Below the pieces are notes generated by a model, which saw only the letters and a list, made by a program, of their open reading frames with translations, had not been told where the DNA came from and ran no database searches. 64,000 nucleotides of DNA from Octopus vulgaris (taxonomy: Eukaryota), in contig OX597825.1 in the NCBI GenBank assembly GCA_951406725.2, positions 49,724,001-49,788,000 of the forward strand, in the 5' to 3' direction. The translations under genes and the position numbers were made by a program. Of this stretch, positions 14,258 to 28,911 are shown piece after piece (the stretch's first letter is position 1; each line of letters opens with the position of its first letter).

Positions 14258-14682
14258 GGTGAGCTAGCCGGGCGAAATGCTTCGCGGCATTTCGTCCGTC
14301 CTTATAGTCTGAGTTCAAATTCTGCTGAGGTCGACTTTGCCTTTCATCCTTTCAGGGTTGATAAATTAAATACCAGTGAAACACTGGAGTCGATGTAATC
14401 GACTAGCCCCATTCCCCTAAATTTCAGGCCTTGTGCCTTTAGTAGAAAGGATCATTATTATTATGAAGGTGACGAGCTGGCAGAATCGTTAGCACGCTGG
14501 ACGAAACGCTTAGCGGTATTTCGTCGGCCACTACATTCCGAGTTCAAATCCTGCCGAGGTCGACTTTGCCTTTCATCCTTTCAGGGTCAATAAATTAAGT
14601 ACCAGTTGTGTACTTGGGACGATGTAAGCGACTAGTCCCCTCACCCCAAATTTCAGGCATTGCGTCTCCAGTAGAAAGGATT
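14258..14682 (+). mobile_element. Two tandem tRNA-derived SINEs of family A (14258-14452, 14468-14682)
   Basis: GAGCTGGCAGAA..GAGTTCAAAT..GAGGTCGACTTTGCCTTTCATCCTTTC..GTAGAAAGGAT. Confidence 0.9.
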
Positions 14683-14789
14683 ATCATTATGATTGTTATT
14701 ATTATTATTGTTGTTGCATCTATTTTTTATTATATTAAGTGCATATTCATATACACTTCAACCAGATGATCTAATGTGAGTACTTTTCA

Positions 14790-15480
14790 GGTGACCATTA
14801 GAGCCGTAAAGAAAGTTGTTAAAGTTGAAATCGTTTCCAAATATCGGCTCGCAAAATGTGTACTACATCATGACAACCTTTCTCAAAATGAAAGAGGAAA
14901 TGTAAAAAAAGTCTGACAACTTTTAGATGTACTATTTACTAATCAAATCGTTGCTGATGGATAATTTGATGTCTGAATATTTCCCTAAGCATCGCTTATA
15001 TATCTTAATCACTTTTATTATAATTTATATCTTGAAACCTTACTCATCCTGACGTCTCACTTAATATATTTTGGTGATAGTATCATCGGCTATAATCTAT
15101 ATGAGATCTTCGTGGATTTGTCTAATTTCTATCAGATTGCAAACTTAATTCAATATAATCTTCAAAGCTATTCCCTTGCTATCGATCTATAAATATAACA
15201 TTTCTATCGACATATAATTCCAATATTTATATCATCATATATATTCAAAATGATAAAATCGGATTACAGCTTTCAATAGATATACATTTAATTTAGTCAT
15301 TTATTATACATTTTCTACTTAAATGCTTGCTACATAAAGTAGACCAAATCGGTCGAAAGTATATATTTAATAAAATCCCTACTTACAAATCTGTCAATCT
15401 AAAAGATTTAATTTTGTATCTAAAGTGGACGAATCCACAATAAAATAGAAATTCCTGTCTGAATTAATACATATAAATGA
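14790..15480 (+). pseudogene. TLR B ectodomain (LRR) remnant
   Basis: Frame at 14881 reads NLSQNE..*QLLDVLFTNQI..SLIYLNH..LETLLIL..IFVDLSN; after a shift, RSINITFLS. Confidence 0.5.
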
Positions 15481-15559
15481 TTTACCATATTGGCACAAGG
15501 CCAGCTATCTGTAAATGACTAACAAGAACAAAAGAATCGACTCTGATATTTGACTGTTT

Positions 15560-18500
15560 TTTTTTTCTATCCATTTACCAACACTGTGGAATGATCGGTA
15601 ACATCGGTCACACTAACACATCAGGGAAATCCAGTCAGTACCTGTCAGAAAGCCGGAAAGTCTTAAACAGGTTTTCAAGGCTTTTACACCTTTTTTATAC
15701 TATGTACTAAACCCACTTTCCTGCGTCCAACATACAATTGCAGTCACCTACTAGTACTAAAGTGTAAGAAGTTCCCAAGAATGCTTCTAAACGCCTGAAG
15801 AAATCTGGCTCTCCAGCCCCTGTTGGGCCATAAATCGCTTTACTAGTTCGTTGATCCAGTCCCTGTAGTCTTTGCGTGCCGGTAAGGATGCATTCAACTG
15901 CCAGTAACCGGGTACCTCTCAACGGGTCCTATCTAAATCGAATGAACATATCACAGAATTGTGATATGTGTAGCCGACCAATTTAAATTGTGAACAACTT
16001 ATGCTATGCCTATCCTCTGACCTAACAAATACTCTGTCTAAATACGATCTGGATGATCCGCTGTGGTTGCTCCATGTTCACACAGACACATCAGGGAAAT
16101 CCAGTCGGTAGCAGTTAAAAAGCTGGTAAGTTCTGAGCAGATTTCTGAGGCTTTTACAAACTTTTCTATGTACTAAGCCAATACATTCCTTCCGTGCTTC
16201 AAAAAGACTATTCCAATCCCTCACTAATGCGCTACACGTTCCCAAGACTGTTTCTAGACGCCTGAAGAAATCTGGCCTTCCAGCCCCTGTTGGGGCATAA
16301 ATCGCTACTAGTCTAAAGGAACTACCTTCGCAGCCATTCACGTCCAGTACCACCAACCTACCATCCGGGTCCAGGAAGATAGCCCGTACCTGGAGATCCA
16401 AGGATTTCCGAAGTAGCACTGTTACACCGCTACCCGCTGTCAATATACCTATTTCTTTATTACCCACAAGGGGCTAAACACAGAGGGGTCAAACAAGGAC
16501 AGACATAGGTATTAAGTCGATTACATCGACCCCAGTGCGTAACTGTACTTATTTAATCGACCCCGAAAGGATGAAAGGCAAAGTCGACCTTGGCAGGATT
16601 TGAACTCAGAACGTAACGTAGACGCAATACCGCTAAGCATTTCGCCCGGCGTGCTAACGTTTCTACCAGCTCGCTGTCAATATACCACAAGATGAGAATA
16701 CCTCGTAGTCCCCTAGAATGGATGCTAGAGCGTGTTTTCCGGAGATCTTTGTTTCACTAATGGCAACCACATCCAAATCAAGTGACTTGAGATCATTGAG
16801 CAAATGACCTTGCTTCCAAGCTGATTCCATGCCACGCACATTCACGCACCCCATTCTAAACACAGCCATTCGAGTAGGAGAAAAAAATTAGGAGGTTACT
16901 CACCTCGATTTTCTAGAAGCCCGGAGATTCCGGGGCTTTCTACTGGCAAAATTTTTAAAAAGGCCCTTTCAACAGCCTTTTACCAACAGATTCTTTTAAA
17001 ATCCCCACACTACTTGGGAATTTTTCTCTTAGTTTTATAAAAGTCTGAGGACGTTTTAATTAAAGGGAGGTTTTGAGGATGAAACTTTTCCCTCAGTGTC
17101 TATTTTGTTTTTGTTTTGACTTACAAATTCTATCAATTCCTTGTTACACTTGTTCGTAACAGTGAAATTGATGGATACATTTCGTCTACAGTCTCATGAA
17201 TAATTTTGATGTTCTGTAATTGGTTGTTTCTGTGATCCTGTGATTTCATGTTGCTGTTTATGTTGCAGCTTTTGAAGTTGTTGATCTTGAGCTTGCTGTT
17301 TTTGTTGAGTTGTTGTGAATTATGTTGCAGTTGTGGTTTCAGATTAACTTTTTGTTGATTTCTTGGAGTAAGGTAATGTACTCCCCTCCTCTTTCACCTA
17401 CTCCCTTTTGTCACTGTGATCCATTGATTGTTCAGCTCTTCTGTATCCACGCCATTGCAGTTGATATTGGTTTGGAAGGAAGAAAAGTCAGGAGAAACTT
17501 GCTTTTCCGTGGCAGCATGGGGTAGACTCCTTCTTTGCCTTGGTATGGGAGTGGGTGCGTGCGTAGGTGTAGCATTTGTTTATAATTTTGTGCTGGTGCT
17601 GTTTGTAATGTTGGCAGCAGTGGGACTTTATTTTTTATTTTTTCAGAGTAGGAAGCCTTTAACAGAGTTACAGATCCACGAACACTGACAGGTGAGTGCC
17701 ATCCAGGAGATCGATTAGATTGGGCAGCTGGTCCTGCTTGCATTGCAATGTCAGCACCATGCCTATACCTAACAAATTTTGCTTAGGTAGTTTTTTGAAT
17801 CCAATATTGTAACTTCATCTTCTTCTAAGCCTGCCAAAGACGGCCGCCATTATCCAGGTAATGGTTATTTCTGCCGGTACATTCAACACCCTAATCTTGA
17901 CAAGGTGTTAGCCACGACAGCTGGAGAAAAAGAAGTTGTCATTCCTCGAAGTGGTTGTGGAATTACATCTGGCTTCTTCTTCCGTCCCAAACTTTACCTC
18001 AATAGTTCCAAACTTCTTTTCTCAGGTGATGTGTGTCTTTTGTTCCCACACGCGCCCAAGGCTATTTTATATTTCGTTCTCGGGAACATTTTCCACCCTT
18101 TGCTCTGATGCAACGGTATGTTATCGTGCATCTTGCGATATTTTCTATGACGTCAGATGGCAGGTTTAGCGCTACGCTTCTCCCATCGCTTTTTACAATT
18201 CATCTTGCCAATTTTAATTCTTCTTCAACTATGTGGAAACTTTCCATATTTCTTGCCGCAAGCGCAAAAATAACGGAGGTGATATTTGCCTTTTTATGTT
18301 TTATTTCTTTCGTATTTTCGTTGCCGCTGCTATAGTAGTTGTTGTTGTCACTGTTGCTGCTGCTGTTGCTGTTGTTCTTCTCGATGTTGACAACGAAGGT
18401 TTTAGCATTGCTTAGTGAGAAACATTATTCGCCTAGGGGAAGTCATTAAGTTTAGACCATTCGATGTTCTTATTCTCTATTTTTCTTACTCTCAGTTTTT

Positions 18501-18825
18501 TACCGACAAGGAGTGCGTTCCTTTGTCGAACATTATGATGGCTTCTTTATCAGCCATCTTTAAATGATTAAAGAATATTGCAAAATATTTGCTGTTGCCG
18601 AAAATAGTTAAAATTCCAAAATTATTGATGAATACCCCCTGCAGAACAGGGGATGTTTCTACACAAGAATACTATCTGCGCAATCCACAATCTCAGATTA
18701 AAAATGAGAATACGGGAATCTAAAAAGCCAAAAGATTACAAACAGTTTTTCGATTGACGTAGATCACTCGAAATTTCCGTTATTTCACAGTATGGCGGCC
18801 ACGCCTTGTATAGCGAGTAAACTAT
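15560..18825 (-). mobile_element. L1/Tx1-type LINE 5' half: 5' UTR, decayed ORF1 and APE (APE segment duplicated)
   Basis: MAVFRMGCVNVRGM..DVVAISETK; FRLVAIYAPTG..DWN; YLDRVF. A paralogous APE piece lies at 15600-15850. Confidence 0.85.
16450..16674 (-). mobile_element. SINE family A inserted into the L1 endonuclease, with target-site duplication (TSD)
   Basis: CGCTGTCAATATACC flanks it at 16435-16449 and 16672-16686. Confidence 0.93.
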
Positions 18826-18829
18826 TTCA

Positions 18830-19905
18830 AAATAGCCACTGTAGGACAACAGAAACACCTACTTCTGAAGCAATAAAACCTAATACAAATAGCCACAAAA
18901 CCCGAGCAAAAAACTGTTTTCAGTCTTTCAGGGAGCTGACAAATACAAAAACAAGTCACAGTACTTAACATCAATGAAGAAAAAGAAAGAACAAAGAAAG
19001 CTGTAAAACAATTGAAATCGAAACAGAAACTAGAACAGCAACAGATCATGATAAAATAATGGCAAGAAAAGCCTCTTCATGGTAAATACTGGGTTAAGCT
19101 AAACAGAATAGAAATAGACAATGCAAAATCTCAACAATGGCTGAGAAGCTCAGGACTCGACGCATACAGTGAATGAATTTTAATTGCAACACGATATCAA
19201 AGCCTTCCCCCAAGAAATTACCAAAAACATGAAATGGGATACAAGTAACTGCAAAATATATAGAGTTGGAGAAGAAACAGTAAATCATATTGTCTATGGC
19301 TGACCATTCCTGGCTAAGAAGGAATATATTCACAGACGCGACCGAGTTGGGACCTATGCCAACACAATGGAATGACAACAGTAAAAAGATGGTATGGGTG
19401 CACACCAGAAAAGGTCACAGAAAATGAGAAAGCAACTATACTCTGAGATATGCCAATACACACAGATAGAGAAACTGAAGCCATAGGCCGGATATACTTG
19501 TCAGAATTCACCCAGAAAAAATGCTTTCTAATCGATGAATCAATACCGACAGATGACAATGTTTCTCTAAAAGAATCGGAGAAACTTTGAAAATACAAAT
19601 ATCTGGAAACAGATGTAACTCGAATGTGGACCCCCAAAACAGAAACAATTCCTGTCAACGTAGGTGCATTACGTATGATAAAAGAAAAAAAAACTTTCAG
19701 AGAAATACATAACAAGAACCCCAGAGCTTACAAGTATATGTAGCATACAGAAAACAACATTACTAGGCACTGCAAACATCCTACGTGAAACACATTCCAT
19801 ACAGTAATAATACGAGAATCATAAAAATAAGAGCAACAGACCACAGCACATACCCAAGGCACACAGAGCTGTGATCGGTAGCGCGTGATAAAAATAAGAC
19901 TACTA
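18830..19905 (+). mobile_element. 5'-truncated R4/Dong-type LINE ending in (AAT)n (19906-20108)
   Basis: WLRSSGL, DMPIHTDRE..RPDI and KYKYLETDVTRMW; 3' UTR shared with the 28909 and 62725 copies. Confidence 0.85.
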
Positions 19906-19918
19906 AATAATAATAATG

Positions 19919-20108
<190 letters not shown>

Positions 20109-21211
20109 GAGAAGAGCGCCAGCCTTGACAGCGGCTGGACGTATTCCTCACTGCTCTTACTATTCAGTAGCCGATAGAAACACTAATATGACCCAGTTTA
20201 GCAACGGGGAAAAATAACTCTCAAAGACTGGAACATCTACAATATCTTGTGAGTATTTAAAATTCTCTTCAAAATAAGTCAAGAAATTTACAAATTTACA
20301 TATCCACAGCTCTCAAACATACATTCGACCAGCTTTAAAAACTTTAATACCCACAACTGCCTCTGTAAACACCCTTTTTTTCTTCTCTCTAAAAACATCA
20401 CGCTTTTCTTTTTGTGGACTTACAAAACCCTAAAACTTTCTATGAAAATCTGACTTTTCTTTGCTTCCTCCCTGAATATTCAAATATAATGTAAACATAT
20501 ACTTTTTATTGCAAAAACACACCTGTTCTTCTAACTGGACATACAAACATCTCTAGAAAAGTCAACTTCAACCTCCACAATATTACCTTACACGAAATAT
20601 ACAAACACTTTTTATTGCAATAACACAAACGCACATGGAAAAAAAATAATGATGCTAAGATTCTCTCTGGTCGAACACAACTTCTCTATTCACAAACAAT
20701 ACAGAACAGCCCTTCCTTAATTTTTCTTAAGGCTAGTAGTAGTAAACATTTGAACTTTTTTTGACCGATAGGACCCCACCTAAAAAAAATCACTAATGGT
20801 GATGGTGATAATGGTGATGATGATAATAATGATAGTAATAGTGCTGATAATATATCTATCTATCTACACACACACTCACACTCACAGAGTTCAGCCAACA
20901 CAAACCTCACCTCGGCTCTTTAGATGTTAACCAAATATGAAAGTATTATTTGACAGGCAAGAACTTTGGCGTTGAAGACAGCCAGCCAGCCAACCACCAA
21001 GCCAGCCAACGAGACAGACAGACACTACTGTGATGGTGATAATGATAAAAAACAAAAATGAACAATAATAAGATACTGCTGTGACTACACATAAAACAAT
21101 ATCATTGATGATGATGATGATGATGATGGTGATGGTGATGATGATAAATGATGGTAATAGTGGTGATAATGATGATAGTGATAATAATGGTGATGATAAT
21201 AACAATAATAA

Positions 21212-24200
21212 GCCGACTACGGCTGCTATAATGGTACGATTTTAATTGTAACGGCAATGATGGCCGTCTCCCCACGAGCCAATCAAAGCTAAAAAATGAT
21301 AACATTATCGTAGCACCAAAATGTTTTTGGAAACTAAAAGGAAAACTAAATCAGTATACCAAATCGCTTGTCCTATGGTTAATCTGGAAGCGCGTCCCCC
21401 AGGGAAGAGCCAGACTGGGATCGAAAAGTCATCAACTGGCACAAACTCTTCTCCGAATACGGACATGGATGGTCACTTGAACGAGAAATCCCCCAACTCG
21501 AGCCCTCCAAGTTCACCACCACAACCACCACAGAAAGAAAAATGTAAGCGGAACAAATGGACCCGAGAAGAGTATAAAGAAGTAATATACGCTTATTACT
21601 ATGCATTTGGTAGGCCATCTCAAGAGAGACACACCGCAAACTCTTACAGTATATGGAGAACACGGAATCAAGACAGTAGGCCCTATTTGGACGAGAACAA
21701 ATTGGCAAATGTGAGGAGGGATATCCTTAGAAATAACAGACTCACAGACAGTGAAATAAGCGCGATCAAGCACGCAACGGAAAATGACATAAATATAAAA
21801 CACAAAGGAAATGAAGAATCAGATGAACAGTATAGCCCGCCACGAGGCTTAATTGAAAGACTGCCATCTGACCAAAGTACACAAAGGCCTGAAGATACAA
21901 GAAATTCTATTGTATCTGTTAAAGATAGCCAGGAAAATGATAAAACAACAGTAACTGAAGATCTCGCATTTGCTGAAGAACACAGAGAGTCTATGGCAGA
22001 AATGAGGCAGAAAATCCTGAATACGAGAATCATAAAAGTAAGAGCAACAGTATGAATGATAGAGAACCACTTCATAAACTCTCAAATAAAAACCAAAATA
22101 AAAAACAAATCCAAATTGGCAACTATGTAACAAATGAAATAATACAAGAATTAAAACCTGATTTTACTGAGTTAAATGAAATTATTTACGCTTCTGCTAG
22201 GGCAATTGAAACCAGCTGTATGCCCCCGAAAAACAAAGAAAACCAAACCTGGGAAGAAATCAAACCTGGAGAAGTAAAATTGAAAAAGAGATTCAATTTA
22301 TGAGAGGGGAAATATCAATATTAAATGAACTAATATGTGGAAATGATGTAAGATCCAGAACAGGAAGAAAGATGAAGAGAAAATTTGGATCCTCACCAAG
22401 AGAAGAACTGATATCAATAAAAGAAACGCTGAAACAAAAAGTCCAAGTAAAAGCCCAAAGAATACGAAGATTTGAGAAGAGAAACAAGTTTTACAAGCAA
22501 AATAAGCTGTTCACATCCAATGCCAAAAAATTCTACAGAGAAATAGGGAAGGAGAAAGTAACCATTAAAGACCCCCCTCCCATGGAAGAAGTTCAAAACT
22601 TTTGGAAAAGGATTTGGAGTGACAAGAAGACGTACAACATAAATGCAGACTGGATTATACAAACTGAAGGATCCTACCAAAATTTACAACAACAAGCATG
22701 GGAAGACATCACAATAGCAGACCTAAGAAAGGCACTCACGAAGGCCCATAATTGGAAATCCCCGTTTAAGATAGGGTGCCGAATTTCTGGCTCGCATCGC
22801 TCCCATGCGCACACGGTAAGCTAGTTCAGCTGCTCAATGGAATTATGAGAGACCCAAAGAAAACACCTGAATGGTTAGCAAGTGGTATTACTTACCTACT
22901 CCCAAATAATAACGAAACCAACCTTCCAAAAAACTATCGGCCTATAACCTGTCTATCCACCACGTATAAAATCCTAACATCTATCCTGGCGGAGAAAACA
23001 TATGCATTCATGGAGAAGAACGATATTTTCCCCATTGAACAAAAAGGGTGCCGCCGCTATACGGATGCAAAGATCAACTGCTAATACGGATGCAAAGAAC
23101 TGTCACAACAAGCGCAGAAATCTCAGCTCCGCATGGTTTGACTATAAAAAGGCCTTCGACAGTATATCGCATCCATGGATCTTGAGATCGCTGGACATCT
23201 TCAAAGTTTCCCCTGTGATTTCAAACTTCCTGAAGCACAATATGTCGTTGTAGAATACGAATCTCCAATTATATCACTCTAATGGAGTACTTGCCTCAGA
23301 AAATATAAGCATCAACTGTGGAATTTTTCAAGGTGACTCACTTTCACCTTTAATATTCTGCATAGCCCTAATACCCCTTACAAGTGAATTAAACAGAACA
23401 GGGTATGGGTATAAAATTGCCAATAAAAAAATAAGCCATCTATTTTATATGGATGACTTAAAACTCTATGGTACAGACAATAATGAACTTGAAGTCCTAT
23501 TGCGCACTGTGAAAGCATTCAGCGATGACATCGGGATGGAGTGTGGACTTGAGAAGTGTGCCAAGGCCACTTTCCAGAAAGGGAAAGTGAAGACCACAAA
23601 TTCAGTCGTATTAGATGTTGACACAGTCATAAGAGAGCTTGAGCAATAACAAACATACAAATATTTAGGGATAAATGAAGACTCTGGTATTCAGCATGCA
23701 AGCATGAAAGAGAACATCAGGAAGGAATGTTATAGGAGAGTTCGTGCAGTCCTGAAATCTGAACTAAATGCACGTAACAAGGTGTTAGCAATAAATTCCT
23801 TAGCAGATCCAGTTGTTACTTATAGCTACAATGTGTTGAACTGGAATATGAGTGAAGTAAAGAATATAGATAGGAAAATACACAAGCTGCTGAGTTACGA
23901 TAGGATGCACCACCCAAAGGCAGACGTAGATCGCCTTTACCTTCCCAGAGCCCAAGGAGGTCGAGGCCTGATCCAATTTGAACTAGCTTACAAAACAACC
24001 ACAATTGGACTGGCCAAATATCTTGAAATAACGAATGACGGGATGCTAAAGCTCGTGGGAAATCACGAGAGACGAAAGAAGCTTCATTCTATCATAAAGG
24101 AAAGCAAAAATTTTGCTATTGATCTCGTGCAGGATACCCAAACTGAACAACCCGAGGGAAGTACGCCAACTATTGTTGCAAAGAAGGTGAAAATAATGGC

Positions 24201-25158
24201 AACGAAAAATGCGCACGAGCAATTGGCTTATAGGTGGGAAGAGAAACCTCTGCACGGCAAATATGTGGCCCGCAGCAAACAAGCTGATGTTGACCAGAAG
24301 CAAACCCATCAGTGGCTACGGAGCTCAGGGCTAAAAGCAGAGAACGAAGGTTTCATCCTGGCTGCTCAAGATCAAAGGCTATTAACCCTGAACTACCAGG
24401 AAAATGTGATAAAAAATGGAGCAGACCCAAAATGCCGATTCTGCAACGACATGATTGAAACAGTGGACCACCTAATCTCTGGATGTAAAGTCTTAGCGCC
24501 AGTGGAGTATAAATTAAGACATGACAGAGTTGGCCAATATCTCCACTGGCTAATAAGTCGGCATTACAATATCAAAACTGCCGACAAGTGGTATAATCAC
24601 CACCCTGAGGCTGTAACTGAAGGAGAAAATGTAACCATTCTGTGGGACTTTCCAGTACATACAGACCGAACCATCAAGGCCAATAAACCAGATATTGTTG
24701 TGAAAGACCAAAACAATAAAGTTTGCTTATTGATCGACATGAGCATCCCCTGTGATCATAATATCTCAGCGAAAGAGTTTGACAAGCTCAGAAAATATAA
24801 AGACCTACTTATTGAAATTGAGAAAATGTGGCATCTCAAGGCGGTTACAATACCAGTGATCGTAGGAGCACTAGGAATGATCAAGAAGGGAACCGAAAAT
24901 TATATGAGGATGATCTCTGGCTTACCATCCCTGCAAGAAGTGCATAAGATTGTCTTAACTGGTACATCACACGTATTGAGAAGAGCATTGTCGATGTGAG
25001 AACTATTACTACCCATGTATTTTAATTTAACTTAAAAAAAATGAACGAACTATTGTTTAGTTTAATGGCCTACCAATGTATACTATGAGTTTCTTTGCCC
25101 TAAGAGTCGGGAAGACACTCGGCAAGAAATGGAAGCAAATTTGAAAGAAGAAAAAAAT
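21212..25158 (+). mobile_element. Full-length R4/Dong-clade non-LTR retrotransposon (RT + CCHC + restriction-like endonuclease); several frameshifts and stops
   Basis: N-terminal KWTREEYKEVIYAYY..LANVRRDI; NYRPITCL; DYKKAFDS; GIFQGDSLSP; YMDDLKLY; CRFC..VDHLISGC; RHD; KPDIV..LIDMSIP..KYKDL. Flanked by AAT repeats on both sides. Confidence 0.95.
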
Positions 25159-25181
25159 ATAATAATAATAATAATTATGAA

Positions 25182-25229
<48 letters not shown>

Positions 25230-25241
25230 AACAATAATAAT

Positions 25242-26120
25242 TGGCAAATGCCTAAAGAGAGCAAATAATGCCGATGTCGACAAAGCCCTTACCCATCAAT
25301 GGCTAGTGGCTTCTGGTTTCAAATCGGAAACAGAAGGGTTTATCAGAGTAGCCCAAGATCAATCCCTACCTACAAGGAACTATCAGGCCCCACTCCAACA
25401 TGTCGTGTATGATAGCAAAAAAAAAATGAGACCATTCATCATGTAGTCTCCATGTGCAGCAGTTTTCTTGCGCCTGCAGAGTATCTCAACTGGCATGATA
25501 AAGCTGCACATTATATTCACTGAATAATTTGCTCCATGATAAAAACTGGTGGGAATACAAAGCAAACACCCCCAGTGCTTGAAAATGATCACATCTCACT
25601 CCTCTGAAACTTCACCATTCAAACTGATAGAAAGGTAGATGCGAATAGGCCTGACATCGAATAGGCCTGATATGACTCCCAATGGATATAAGCGTATCTG
25701 TCAAGACCTACCAAACACTGAGCATGTATAAAGATCTTGAAAGAGCAATTAGCAAAATGTAGAACCTGATGACTAAAACAATACCTGTTGTGTTAGGTGC
25801 CCTAGGAGTGATAGCAAAGTGGTTGATTGGTACCTAGCTCAGGTACCAGGAAACCACAAAATGGCAGAAATTTAAAAGATGTGCTTATGGGAACTGCTCA
25901 TATCCTACGTAAAATGTTGTCTATGTAATCTCAAATTTTAAAACAAACAACTTTCGTATAGTTTCTTAAACATTCTCTAAAACAACACTATGTACAAAAC
26001 CAAATATATGGCACCATTGGCATAACACCAACATGAACGTCCAACTTGTTGTCTCTTGAGGTCTCTTGGTGAGACTTGGAGCCAGCTTGTACAAATGCAA
26101 AGCAAAAGTCATACATAAAA
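25242..26120 (+). mobile_element. 5'-truncated R4/Dong-type LINE (another family) in the tail of the previous element
   Basis: THQWLVASGFKSETEGFI..AQDQSLPTRNY; NRPDI; YKDL. Confidence 0.85.
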
Positions 26121-26215
26121 TAATATTAAATTAATGATGATGATGATGATGATGATGATGAAGATGCTGATGCTGATGATGATGGTGGTGGTGGTGGTGG
26201 TGTTGGTGGTGGTGG

Positions 26216-26250
<35 letters not shown>

Positions 26251-27269
26251 GTGATGATCATGATGATGATATGATGATGATGTTGATGACGATGACGATG
26301 ATGATGACAACAGCAACAACAACAATATATGCAGTGAGGCAATACCAGGTACTGGCTCTCGTGGATTCTAATCTTAACTGACAGGAATTATTATCATGTA
26401 AATATTTTGTCGTGATATAAAAGATGGGTAACAGCAGAAATTCTGCTCAATAACACAGATTTGCTTATCGGTTGGTTGACCTTTACTTATCAGTTGTTTC
26501 ACCTTTGAAGTTTGAATAATTTACGACTGGAGTCATGGGTGATTTGTTCATCGTCATTAAACATTTGTCTGTTCAGGTTGACAAGAGCTATTAGATTAGA
26601 AAGAACGATGTTTAGAATGGAAATAAGGACAGATAATTCGAGAGTAGAAGGAGCGCTAGTGACATAAAAATGCCTAAAAACGATTGTGACTGATGTGCTT
26701 TCGGCGGGTTTGGTCCTTGAGCAAGTATTCAACGCTAAGCACAAAGTTTGCATTGTCAGAGCAAGCTTTCCAGTAGAATCTTGCTCAGCTGTTTGGGTCA
26801 GTCAATGAACAGGAGACGAGGGTGAAATTTATCGCCTATCTCGTGGGCCTGTCTTGGCTCTTGACAGGGAATATAGAGTTCTGTTAACAAAGCAACTGAC
26901 AAAATGCGAGAATAGCTGACAAAATACGAGAAGCAATGTTTGTTTCCACTATGGAAAATTTAGCCATCTCCAGTGCTGTATATTCTGTCCTAGCAGCTTT
27001 ATCTTCATAAGTCCGCATCTTTTTTATTTTCGGAAATCTCTTGGTAGATATACATTGCAACTGGAAACTGAAACAGAGACATCCATGTCCTGCGAAAATA
27101 TGAGCGGTGGTTCTGCTCAGAAAGGTAGCAACCAATGGAGATGATTATAGCAACTTCAGACTCGAATTATTCTATGTTCAGAGTTGAGGTTGTTGATACT
27201 CTGCTGAGTGACGTACAGGCATAAACCATACGCGTAGACATAACCACGGCAAATTCCACACAGCATTAT

Positions 27270-27640
27270 GCATCATAGAAAGGCAGAAAAGAACATGGTA
27301 ACTGTAAGGCCCTGACCGAATTAAGTCATTTAGCTCGGTTGAAAGTATTCGATGGGATTTGAGCATCATAACATAGCGGCTGTCATGAAGGCGGCTGGTT
27401 CCGGATACATCTTTGCTGCAGTGTACGGCGTTATTTGCTGTGTTCTGAATAAGTTGCTAAATATTGTATTCATTCAGAATCATGCAATTGGCCCTCTCAC
27501 ACACCTTCTGTGCATAATGTCCTTAGAGCCATTATTGCATAAGTTGGAAGTTTCGAGGGACATCTCAAGACAACTAGGAAGCAAACGATACATGTTTGAT
27601 ACTAAAGATGTCGCTGTAAGTGTATCGAACACTAAACACA
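27270..27640 (+). mobile_element. L1/Tx1 RT fragment
   Basis: LLCIMSLEPLLHKL..DVAVSVS aligns with LLYVLTLEPLLRKL..DVTVIVS at 46470-46600. Confidence 0.7.
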
Positions 27641-27822
27641 AGGTGCCGAGGATGATTGCACCTTTCATCCTTTCGTGGTCGATGTAATATGTACCAACTG
27701 AGGACTGGTGTTGATGAAAATAACTAGCTTCTGCCCCAAAATATCAGGTGTTAGGCAAGTAATAGAAATAATAATAATAATTATTATTATTATTATTATT
27801 ATTATCATTATTATTATTATTA

Positions 27823-27965
<143 letters not shown>

Positions 27966-27974
27966 TATAATTGT

Positions 27975-28730
27975 TAAACTTTTGGTACTGCATCACCTGC
28001 TACACGTCCGAGTTACTGGGGTGCTTGAAGCCTTGTGCATTATTTTCTGTTGTTGGGAGTGCACAAATTCTTCCCGGTATTGTATTGCGTTAGTTTTTCT
28101 TCTCTTGATGTGTTGTGCAGTCTTTTGTTATATTACTGCTTGTATTGTGTGTTGAGTGTATAATCCGTTTGTTTTCTAGCTTACTGGTGGAAGTTTATTT
28201 CACTGGATAAATGGTGTATAGAGTATGTTTTGTGTTTGTGAGATATTTTGTTTAGGTCGTATTATTGAATTGGTAATGTCTTGCATATGATGTGGATTAT
28301 TCCTGGCAGAGTTATTTTTTGGATAATGTGTACTGTTGAGGATCCAGGTGTAGCTCCTACGTTTTTTTAAATATATTTTTTATCATATTCAATGCGCAAA
28401 TTATCATTTGTATTATTTTCACTTCCATGACCTACAGCTTGAAAACATCAATTTCGAAGTCTTTGAACTTTGACAATTTCTGCACTACTTTTTGGACAAT
28501 ATTTTGATCAGAACGGACTGCAATGTCTATCAGTAAGCAGGTGTTTATTTTCCAATCCTTGATTATTATGTCTGAGTGATTATGTTTTAATTCTTTGTAG
28601 GTTTGAACTGGCATATCCTAGAGGATTGTGACCTAATCGTTGTCTTGTACCTTGTTTGCCACATGTTTATATCGTCAATTGTTAGTTTTAATGCTGTAAT
28701 GTTGGCATATTGTAAAATGGATATAACTAC
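27975..28730 (-). mobile_element. R4/Dong-type LINE 3' fragment
   Basis: MPVQTYKELKHNHSDIIIKD..CLLIDIAV..KLSKFKDFEI; microsatellites on both sides. Confidence 0.8.
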
Positions 28731-28733
28731 TTA

Positions 28734-28845
<112 letters not shown>

Positions 28846-28855
28846 GTTATTATTA

Positions 28856-28908
<53 letters not shown>

Positions 28909-28911
<3 letters not shown>

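Noticed and set aside
21212-21480. HDV-like ribozyme at the 5' end of the Dong element
   Set aside because: Only partial pairings were found; I could not build the nested double pseudoknot by eye.
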